Source of the DNA: Tubulanus polymorphus
Lineage: Eukaryota > Animalia > Nemertea
Assembly: GCF_964204645.1 (NCBI RefSeq)
Contig: NC_134031.1
Coordinates: 3,286,001-3,350,000 of the forward strand
Direction: 5' to 3'
Length of the DNA stretch: 64,000 bases
Of this stretch, positions 54,028 to 64,000 are shown piece by piece. The notes beneath the pieces were generated by a model. It did not search any database and was not told the DNA's origin. It was given only the letters and a program-made list of their open reading frames with translations. A program made the translations under genes and the position numbers. The stretch's first letter is position 1. Each line of letters starts with the position of its first letter.

Positions 54028-57000
54028 ATGCGGCTTGTAATTTCATGCGGTAGCCACCTATATGATGTGGGCACGGTGTGTTTGAAGAATGGATATTTGC
54101 CGTCTATATGTGACTACAGCCCTGTCAATTCTGGTACGAATGGAATTAACGACAAATTAAAATAAAATTTATTCAATCTTATTCGACGAAGAAGGTTGCT
54201 TTCGTTAACCAAACCGATAAACTTGACACGTTCACCAAACCCACAAAACAATATAGTGGCTTGATGCAACTCGTCCATCCTCTTATAGCAATATTAATTT
54301 CATTCTCAATTCGTAGTGTGTACTAATACTAAGGCCAAGGGTCACACAGTTCCACAGATTGTGAGTTAAATTTTGATTCGGAGTTAACTCTTCAAAAATG
54401 AACTGATTTTAACTCTAACTCTCTAACTATGGAACAGAACTGAACCCAGACCAATTTCACAGGATAATCAGCCCCCCATCCAATAGTTCACTGATGCTGT
54501 ACTTTTAACTAATTTAATTATGTAACCTTTCATTCATGTTTTAGACAATCTTCCGGAAATCGAGCCGGCTCAATGGTTTAAAGTGGAAGTATTTCCGATG
54601 ATGCTGATCGACTGCAACAACCTGACGGTGAAACTCGACGTCGAGACCACTGTCGCGTTGGAAGACGTCGACGATATCGAAGTTTTGACGCTGAGACAAA
54701 TTTCAACGGACGACACGTGCGAGGCCGAATACGACCTCGCCGAACTGTTCCGCGTGATTCCCGATTTACCGTTACATTCCGACCGACCGGCTGATCGAGC
54801 AGAGGTCAATAAAATTCTGTTACGTTATTTACACTTTTACATTCTGCCGTTAGTCCGCCTGTTGCCCGGGGACGAGACGAACGTGAGAAAAGTCAGCGAA
54901 AATTTGAACGCGCATTTGACGCGTATAAACGATGATTTGCAGGCGCGTTGTCGCGAAATCGTCGGCACGAAACAGGCGGTCGCCGAAAAGCGCGAACGCA
55001 TGGTTCAAGAATTGCAGGACGCAAAATGCGCGCGCGAATACCCGCACGAGCTTCTGTTGCTGTTAGAAGCTCAGCTACTCGAAGATATCAATGGGGAAGA
55101 GAGAACGTTGGCTTTGCTGCTCTCAGATGTGAATTCTCTGAAAAAACGGGATTCTTCGAGCGGGTTGCCAGATAAACGAATTTCCCGCGACGTCTGCCAG
55201 GAGCGGCTCGTGGCGTTGGTGAACGCGCGCGAGAATATCGTCAGCGCGTTGACCGTCGCGCGTAAAGCCGCGCAGCAGAAACGCCGGTGGTCTCGTACGC
55301 GACAGAAGTTCGGCGCCGACGCCGAACACGCCATGTACATGCAGGTGTTCGATTTTCTGCAGGAGCAGCGGAAAAAACGCGCGACCTTGAATCGACGCAA
55401 GGACTTCGTGTTAAGCGTGCGCGCGGCCGTCGACGAAACGCTGAAAAAGCTGCGCGGCGGCGAAGAAACGCTCGGCGTCGTCAACAATCGCAAGAACAGC
55501 CAACGCGCTACCGATATTTTACAATACGCGACGATACCGAACGAATGGCGTTCCGTATCCGATCAAGTCGCCGCGATCATGAACGACGTCGATCACGACC
55601 TACGACGTAAACACGACGCGTTCGTACGAACGGTCGTCGATGAGTGCGCGAAATTGTGCGACGAATTACGCGATCACCGATCGTCGGTCGGTCCCGAGAA
55701 TAGACCGACGCGTCGACAGTCGTTTCGTAACGAGATGCAGTCGTTAGTGCTCGATTCGAGCGAATCCGACCCGGTCAGAGACGCCGTATTCAGCTCGATC
55801 AAAACACGTTCGCCGTCGCTCGAATCGATCGGTTTAGTCGTCGTTAATCCGTCTGCCGTCGAGGTGATGAAACGCGTCGACGTGATCGAACGCTCGAAAA
55901 AGTCGCTGAAGCTTTTACAGGAATGCGTACACGCTCATTTCGACTTGATGTGTTCGGAATTTCAGGTGGCGATCGATACGATGCACTGCACCGTTTACTA
56001 CAAAGTCTGGTTGTGCTACGAGGTTTATTTCTATGAGCAGACGATGTCGTCGTTGGCTGCCGCGTTCCGTCTCGTTTACGAGAACGTCTCCGAAAACTTG
56101 CGCTCGAGTCTCGACCTCGGGCAGATTTCGTACGAACAGCTCGGCATCCAGGAACCGTGGATTATCGATTTAGTCGCGCACGAGGACAACGTCAACGACG
56201 AGGTTTTCGAAGATAAACGGCGTAATTTGATTCGCGAAGATTCTAGAGAGGATATTTGCGATTCTAGCGATGTTGACGATCGATCGAAAATTCCTAGACC
56301 CGGCGATGATGAAATCGACGATAAGGTAAATGATGCGCACGTGGTATTATTACCGAATTCGGGGGTCGAGGATTCATCGGCCGAAGCGGCAGAAATTCTC
56401 GACGAAATCGTATCGAAACTGGAATTGAGTACGGGGGAGACGAGTTCAGCGGTTGAGCTTGTGTCTACGCGGTCTGCCGACCACAACGTCGCCGAAAATT
56501 TGTCGGTCTCACGATCGGGAACCGCGGTCGCTGGCCAGGTCAAAGTAATCAGCAATCAAATACGAGGTGCCGAAATGGATTCGTACGAATTGCAACGGCT
56601 CGCCGAGACGTTGCGTAGACCGCGCGAGCCGTATGGCAGCGACGCCGCGTTCAGCGGAGACCGACGCGTGCGCTCAATGCGCTGCGTGCCCAACTCGCGA
56701 ATGCGCGTATCGCGCGATCTCGATTCACGTCGATTCGAACGCGTGTTTCGACCGGCGATCGATTGCGCGCGGCGAATCGTCGACGAATCGACGCCAATGC
56801 ACAAACTGGAGTTGATGACGAAGTGCGTTCGTCTCGTGCAGCAAATCGTAACGACCGAACAGAGCAGACGCGTTTCGGCGGCGAAAACGCTGATGTGCTG
56901 CGATGATTTCTTGACGATCATGCCGTTGTTGTTATCGCACACCGGTCCCGATAAGATGGCTGAATTATACCCGCAAGTGACGCTACTCGTCGACTTCATG

Positions 57001-57105
57001 GCTCCGTTCTTATCGTCCGGAATTCACGCCAATTCGCTGACTCATTTCTACGGCGCTTACCACTTTATATTCTCCGTAATTCTGACGACGAAGGCAAAAG
57101 ACTAA
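54028..57105 (+). CDS. Coiled-coil + C-terminal VPS9-domain protein (putative Rab5-family GEF, VPS9D1-like), 2 coding exons
   Basis: Exon 54028-54133 (phase 1, lower confidence) joins 54545-57105. The C-terminal TPMHKLELM...MCCDDFLTIMPLLL...LLVDFM...GIHANSLTHF fits VPS9 motifs. Confidence 0.7.
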
Positions 57106-59395
57106 GTTTCCGAGTAGACTGAACTTGAAAAATGAAAACCATTTGGATCCGGATTTCAAACTGGTCTCGCGTTATTCACTCAATCACTGTAGAAAATGCC
57201 CCAGATTGAGTTTGCTGAATTTAATGAGTTTTAGAACATTCACAAGGTTCTTACAGATCAGGGGAAATCAGGGAATTGAATTTTGAAAATCACAGTTAAA
57301 GTCAGCAGGGAATTTGAATTTTCGGTGTCTTATTGTTCTCACTGAGTGGCACATTTTGAGAAGAAACAGCCCCTGCTGAGGTTTTCTTATGATTCAATAA
57401 AAGGCAATTTTCATTCAAGGGTCAGAGAAAATAATAAAAATATAAGGGAATATGGATCCAGATAGTAGGCTTTAGTGATAGCTAAAGAAAACCTGTAATC
57501 CAGACCCATATCGTGGTGGTTGGAGTCGCATTTGACTCCATCCAGAATTGAAATCAATTATTTAGTTATGGAGTCAAATTCTAACTCAAACAGTCAAACC
57601 AGGTCCTGCATTGTAAATGTTATATAAACATATTGTAATGCTATTATGATAGTTTTATCATAAAACTGTGTATGAACAAGAAAGCATAAACTGTTAAAGC
57701 AAGTTGTCTGGTGATAGACTACAGGTCTATAGTTTTATTGCCTCTATGCTGTAATAATACCCTTTATTTTAGACATAGACCATTCATTTATTACTTATCT
57801 ATTTTAAGCTACGATCAAGATCAAATTTACCTAAGATATAAACGGTCATTTTTCGGATCTGATAAATATGGCTTCCATAAACACGTGATTATGAATGTTG
57901 GAATTGTTTCTTCATTGAAAATGATTTTCTTACGTAAAAAAAAATTCAGCTCATGTATGTATGTCGTGGACGGGTGTAATTCAGATCAGTCTGAATTTGA
58001 AAATTGGCCAAGTTAGCAAAAATTATGCGGTCCAGAATTTTCCCATTTAATTTTCCTAATTAATTCTGTTTGTGTTAATTGCATTTTCAAAATCAAAAAT
58101 TCACCTTCATTGGATAAATATTTAATTTCCGAAAATTTTTTATTGGTTTATATGGCGTCTTAACTCCAAAATTGTTGGGTTAAAGTTGCTTCATGAATTT
58201 CTGATGCCAAATTTTGGATTTTAACCATTCCATAATTAAATGTTTTCCTATTTAAAATCCCTAAATTTGACTCATATATGGTCGGATTTGTGACTCATTC
58301 ACGGTCGGACATATTTTGCCGGTTCCAAGTTGTCCAACATACCGGTAGATACTGTTGCTTGTTTTGCATTATGACCGAATTTCGTATATTCATTAAGCAT
58401 AATGCAGGGTAAATTTGGCGTCTTCAACGAATGTGATAATCGTTAAATTAGATAGAGTTTTATTCTAGAATATTGATTAAATATTTCATGTGCGTATTTA
58501 AGATTGTAAATAAGAAATAATTGGAAATATTCCATATCGAAATAAGGTGCTATTTCTGAATTGATATCATATCCTGTTCGAAATAAACAACTCTAATTGA
58601 TTAAATGTAGTAGTACCACGTGAAATTGGTGCAATGAAATCGAAAGAGCGCAATTACTTTTATAGCACTGGAAGGTTATTAATCTGTGATATTAAGTGCT
58701 TTTTCTTATTAATGGTAGCTATACTTGTCTATAGTGTGTATATATGACAATATTGTTATCGAGATTTTAAATCAATTTAAATTTTGATATATGTGAGATA
58801 ATATTTGATAATCTAGATAACTGTTAGCACCGTTGACTTCGCTACTCCAGGTGAGCGGGTGACTGTGGTTGCGGAGGTACTTTCCCGCCACTGGTCGGCT
58901 GGAAAATTTGAGTGAACAATTTTGAAATGTTTGTTACCGAGTTGGAATCGACCTGCTACTCTAAACACAACTCCTAAACATCGCCCAGCACCTGTTTTGA
59001 GCGGAGTCTACGGTCAATTTTTCTACTGATTTTATTTCGATTTTCGAATAATATTCACGATTTATGAATAAAAGTTACAAAAATACAAATAGATGTGTCC
59101 TTTTCTTTCCTTTTTTTATTGGTGTCGTTAAGAAGACTTTTTTTCTCATCTCTGAATTTCAATTTTAATTGTCGAAATATCCTGTGAAGTCTATCTAAAA
59201 CCAGATAGAAGCGGCTTGCTAAATTTGTCAATGGCTTAGAGAACTGCGCGCGTGGGACCGACAAAATCTATTCTTTACTTCTTGAACATACACGTTAGCA
59301 ACACCGAAATACTGGGGAAATCTGATGACCGTGCATTTTACGTGTGTTCAGTATGGCACGAGAATCAGTACCCTGTTTATTGATATATAGCGAAT

Positions 59396-59500
59396 AACTT
59401 GAACTTGAACTTGAACTTATTTTTATTGCGCCGTATATAACATTTATACATAGGATAAGACACGCAATAAATTCACAGGACAAAACATTTAAGAATGACA
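59396..59500 (-). mobile_element. 5'-truncated 3' end of a related LINE
   Basis: The minus strand reads TTTATTGCGTGTCTTATCCTATGTA...GCAATAAAAAT(AAGTTC)n, similar to 53234-53312. Confidence 0.8.
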
Positions 59501-60066
59501 TTTAATATAGAGTACATAATACATGTAGCGTAAAAAAACAAAAGCTTATACAAGAAATAATTAGAAAAGCGCCCTCGGTCTCAAAGCTGAGGAATTACGA
59601 CGAAACGGAGTCGAGTCTAAGCTTAGCGAATAAATATCTTGATAATTTGTAAGAATCCATTCAAACTCGTTTGGCTGTCGTCGTTTGTGTTGACGGCTTA
59701 CGGAAGATTTAGGCTTATTCAATTATCCAACAGTTTTTTTTTAAACTGATTTTAACAGTGATTCCAAATGTGTAGGCTCTAGATCAATTTCTCGTGGTTG
59801 TAATTCACCTTACGCACAGTGAGGTAAAACTGATTACAGTGATGCGGCGGTAAATTTGCGAATGCAACCGTTCGGAAATATTCACGCATCGATGGACCAT
59901 TTTGTCGCTAGAAATAGATTTTACAACTTTCCTACATCACCAGATTTTTTGCACGAGATTCTTCTCCATAAAACGTTTGCGAAAATGTCCATTTGCGAAG
60001 ATTTATCTGGTGCCATTAAGTCGAAGGAGATTGATATTGCGCTCCTGTGACTTCGTCTTGAAAAAA

Positions 60067-61083
60067 ATGAACGCTACGTCAAGTTCTGCAGTAACTCAAA
60101 GCCGGGAAACTGGTCGGGCAAGTTCAATGCGGTACTTTCGTACTAAAGTAGCCAAGTTCAGCGAGGGTTTGTTCTTGTACGGGTGCCCGTTGTTGATCGT
60201 GATCGGAACTCTCGGAAACGCCCTCACCGTTCTCGTGTTGAACGTTAAAAAAGAAACGCGAAAATCTTCGACGTCGTTGCTTCTGTCGGTGTTGGCCGTG
60301 GTCGACACGTCCGTCTTACTCACGGGTCTGTTGCGACAGTGGATCATTCGTCTTAAGGGAATTGACATTCGTGACAATCCCGACTCTCCGGCCGTCTGTC
60401 CCATCCATTTATTTCTCACATACACGACGTTCAGTTTGTCTGCCTGGATGGTACTTCTTGTTACTATCGAACGTTATATTTCCGTCGTCAAACCGATAAA
60501 AGCTAAGTACCTGTGTACACGTCGCCGAATGTCAGTCGCTTCGGCGATGACGATTTTAGGTATAAGTGCCTTGAACGGGCACATCCTAGGCGGTTGGAGA
60601 CTCGAAAAAACCGGTAGCGGGAAATTCGCCTGCACGATGCCCGAGCGAAACTATTACAAATTCTTCGTCGAAGTTCAAGTCTGGCAACATTGTCTTACAT
60701 ATTCGGTGATTCCGTTCATGATGATCGTTTTTTGCAATACGGCCATCATTCGTCGTCTGCATTTAGCGAAACTGGAATTCGCCGGTAGAAGTACCAGAGA
60801 CGACACGAAAAAGGACAAATCGAATTCTCTGACGAAAATGCTTCTTTACGTGAATTTGATGTTCCTGTTGACGACTCTGCCAGTTTCTGGTTTGATAATT
60901 TACCAGGAACGAAGAAATTTCGGTTACACCGAAAAGGACCCGCCATTGATTCGAATCCTGTACCCAACGTTTATTTACTTGTCGTACGTCAACAACGCTT
61001 GTAACTTCTTTATTTATTGTTTCAGTGGCCGGAAATTCAGGGCTGATTTGATTTCGTTATTCGCGTGTTTATGCAGATCCTAA
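60067..61083 (+). CDS. Intronless class A peptide-receptor-like GPCR (338 aa)
   Basis: GTLGN, LAVVD, TIERYISVVKP, IPF, TTLP, NNACNFFIYCFSGRKFR. N-glycosylation sequon after the Met at 60067. Confidence 0.93.
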   Translation: MNATSSSAVTQSRETGRASSMRYFRTKVAKFSEGLFLYGCPLLIVIGTLGNALTVLVLNVKKETRKSSTSLLLSVLAVVDTSVLLTGLLRQWIIRLKGIDIRDNPDSPAVCPIHLFLTYTTFSLSAWMVLLVTIERYISVVKPIKAKYLCTRRRMSVASAMTILGISALNGHILGGWRLEKTGSGKFACTMPERNYYKFFVEVQVWQHCLTYSVIPFMMIVFCNTAIIRRLHLAKLEFAGRSTRDDTKKDKSNSLTKMLLYVNLMFLLTTLPVSGLIIYQERRNFGYTEKDPPLIRILYPTFIYLSYVNNACNFFIYCFSGRKFRADLISLFACLCRS

Positions 61084-61966
61084 GTGTATTTGCTTCGACA
61101 GCAAATTTTTCATGTTTCTGCATTTCTCTACTTCGGCGTCAATGTGCTCTAATCATTGGTACTCGATCATCCATGCCAAGCCTAATTGAAAAAAACTCAC
61201 GCACAAAAAACTCCAATTTTCAAGGTTCGCCACAATGACCACATCCCGCTTCGAAGGGTCCAGTTTTAAAAAGTGAGATGAATATAGCTCTACTGCGAAG
61301 CCATAGAAATTCGACGGTATATCGACGGTATATCGCAGAATGCAAAAGACTTTTTTTAACCCTGGCCTGATGACCAAGCTCTCTCTATCAATCAGAGAAG
61401 TTTTGATGGGGCAGGGGCAAGGGTTTGAGCTCCGTCGAATATGGAATATGTAATTGGAGATATCTGATATTGTCTCAATATTGTCTATTAAATGTTTAAT
61501 GTTTTTTACCACTGCTTTCGCGCGGGGAGCGTTGTGTTGTGAAATGGGGTTTTTACATAGTTTGAAAGTCAAATATGTATCTTATCTGTAAAATACTATA
61601 TTCATAGACGGTATGATATTAGATAATTAGATAATTAAAATTGTTGTCATCATAGTTTGGATAGTTCATTGTTAATTTGGCAGTCTGCTACAGTTTGGAT
61701 CACTTCTCAGATCTATAGAAATAATATAGAAAGCTCTATATTATAGGCTACAGCATTCGCACGGTATCAACGGGTCGACCAGCACGAAAGTACAATCTTT
61801 CGGTTGATCGTGGAATCGACGAAAACAGTTTCCGTCTATTCGTTTCAGTTGCGTGTGCGTCGATCTCTTTAATCAGACACACTGCCATTGTCACCTCAAA
61901 GCTACAATTTTCTTCCAACGTTGCAAGTACCATTCGCCACTGAATACGAGTTCCCGCGCGATAACA

Positions 61967-62932
61967 ATGTTCAATGCCTCAATCGGTGTGGAGAAATGCT
62001 TCCCTCACACCCGTGTTATATGGCACCTCGTGGCAGCAACTATCACAGGACCGCTCGGATGGTTGGGTATCGTTACCAACGCGTTAACTATAAACGCAAT
62101 CCATCGAATACGTAAAACACATAGATCAGCTACTTCGTATTACATCGTATTGCTGTTAGCCGGTTTTGACATTGTATGTTGCATCGCAATCATTGTCACT
62201 AACCATTTCGTTTGGGTCTTGAAATTCATTCGCCATGGACAGACGGCACTGTATTTAGATGGCGGTTACGGTGCCCCCGAATTCTACATAGCGGGCAATA
62301 TAATCTCAAAATGGAGTATATATATTCGCAACAGTTTAACCTTTTTTTTAGCACTGGACCGAGCAGTTCATATATGTTTCCCGCTGAAAGCTACGGGATA
62401 TTGGAATTTGAAACATTGTTATTTCTTTTCAACCGCTTGTATAATCGGATGGACTGTACTTTTTTGTTTCCGTGCGCAGTACCGCATTGTCGCATACGTC
62501 ACCACAGAATGTACATACGGCTTGACTGTCCTCGATAGTAAAGAGGTTAAAAAAGCGCCGAAAAATTCCACTTTCATAGAAGTTGTTTTCTCGACGTATT
62601 TGCCAGCCACGCTTGTACCTCTTCTCAATGCGATTATGATAATCAAACTACGAATTCACGCTAACAATAGGAAAAAACTCACCTGCGACGACAGAAAAGA
62701 AAATAAACAGGCTAGGGCGGGACACGTGATGGTATTTGTGGCATCCGCGATATTCATCGTATCATTATTGCCGGAAATGATTTTCAGCATCGTTAGAAAT
62801 TACCCTGTTAACTGGCCGATTTTGCTTTTGAACGAAATATTCCAAGCAGCCAATTCATCTCTGAACGGCATATTTTATTATGTGTTCAGCAAGTTATTCA
62901 GACAACAAATGAATTTGTTGTTGCCCTGTTGA
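61967..62932 (+). CDS. Intronless divergent class A GPCR (321 aa)
   Basis: GIVTN, LAGFD, ALDRAVHICFPL, YLP, LLP, NSSLNGIFYYVFSKLFR. Confidence 0.88.
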   Translation: MFNASIGVEKCFPHTRVIWHLVAATITGPLGWLGIVTNALTINAIHRIRKTHRSATSYYIVLLLAGFDIVCCIAIIVTNHFVWVLKFIRHGQTALYLDGGYGAPEFYIAGNIISKWSIYIRNSLTFFLALDRAVHICFPLKATGYWNLKHCYFFSTACIIGWTVLFCFRAQYRIVAYVTTECTYGLTVLDSKEVKKAPKNSTFIEVVFSTYLPATLVPLLNAIMIIKLRIHANNRKKLTCDDRKENKQARAGHVMVFVASAIFIVSLLPEMIFSIVRNYPVNWPILLLNEIFQAANSSLNGIFYYVFSKLFRQQMNLLLPC

Positions 62933-63120
62933 TTAACGGACAACAGTTTCTTAATTATAGCCACCTTGTTCGCCTCAGCCCACTCTTTTTTTCTTCTCAA
63001 GATAAATTTTTCGAAGTGGTGTGAAATTTTTTCTGTCTTTCCTAACAAAGGAATTTTAGGTTTTAGGCTTGACGTGACGTCACGTGAAATTAAAATAATA
63101 GTTTTAATGGTTTTTGTGAT

Positions 63121-63735
63121 AGACCACAAAAAGAAATACCCTAGTTTCTCAAGAAAGTGAAATACCACCCGCGTCATGAAAAAGAGTCCCTAACAAAAAT
63201 TAAAACGACAAATGCGCTCGCCCGCATTGGCAAAGCATCAATCGTCTTTTTTTTAATAAAAATTGAATCCCGCTCGCCCGCATAGCTGTATAGTGCACAC
63301 GTGATTTTTTTTCTGCGTTATGCTCATCGTCGACGTACTGGTAATCCGACAAAAACAGCGCCAGGTTCGTTTCATTTTACTTCATTTCAAGGAAGCGTGA
63401 AAATAGCAAAAGACAGTGATTGTTTCAACTTCGATTAAATGAGTCGATATAGTTTGATTTTATAGGTTTTTGCATAGAACTCTTTGAGTTCTATGGTTTT
63501 TGGGAGCTACTTAATACTACAAATAAAGTTTTTGCATATATTTTACTTGCATTACTGGTATTTGTTTGGCATTGGTAAAAAGACATCCCTCCCGCGTCTG
63601 TTCTATAAGTCTCAGGTTGAGCTTTTTATTTCAACTTTTTTATTTAAAAAAGCAATAAAAATTAAATTCGCCCGCCCTCGTCACTTTTCAGAAAAAAAAT
63701 CTGATGAGAAACCAGGGTATTTCTTTGTGTGGCCT
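63121..63735. mobile_element. Non-autonomous DNA transposon with ~30-bp imperfect TIRs
   Basis: AGACCACAAAAAGAAATACCCTAGTTTCTCA...TGAGAAACCAGGGTATTTCTTTGTGTGGCCT, with internal CGCTCGCCCGCA repeats. Confidence 0.7.
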
Positions 63736-64000
63736 TATGCACTTTAACGAATCAGCGCTTCCTCATTTAGCCTATAGTATTTTGTTCTCTCCAGTCAGTG
63801 CCTCGAATAACAATTATCTTTACAAACTATTTTGCAAATTACATGTTCCATTTTTCTTGCGCGCTGAAAAATTGTGCGTTCAACAATTTTACCATTTTTT
63901 CAGCACTGGACCGATCATTTCACCTCCAACGAAATTTTTCATTCACCAATTCCATTAACGCCGAATGCTTCATTCACTGAAATTTTTCTCTCAATTGATA

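Overview
Eukaryotic (metazoan, probably a marine lophotrochozoan; inferred from gene content and style) genomic window with spliceosomal introns. Genes reconstructed by hand from splice sites, in order: (-) a 250-aa secreted antistasin-type Cys-rich protein built from symmetric phase-1 exons, four of them a recent ~250-bp tandem array (missed by the ORF track); (+) Polycomb-like (PHF1/MTF2/PHF19 family, 12 coding exons); (+) intronless MCEE; (+) IER-family immediate-early gene with a CArG/NF-kB/AP-1/CRE promoter; (+) a divergent alpha-crystallin/HSP20-like ORF; (+) ACK/TNK2 kinase (11 coding exons); (+) FKBPL-like TPR protein; (-) DR1/NC2beta; three intronless class-A GPCRs; (+) a VPS9-domain protein. 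A full-length, apparently intact RTEX-like non-LTR retrotransposon (about 47025-53312) has an unusual ORF1 (RNase H1-type hybrid-binding domain + PHD + coiled coil + SGNH esterase) and an (AAGTTC)n tail. Introns and spacers carry many MITEs (piggyBac-, Harbinger-, hAT-, Tc1- and IS3EU-like) and a 23-bp minisatellite whose single-copy progenitor lies nearby. The best candidates for novelty are the LINE ORF1 architecture, the antistasin exon array, and possible proto-MHC microsynteny (Pcl, IER, FKBPL, DR1). No database searches were run; family calls come from motif recognition.
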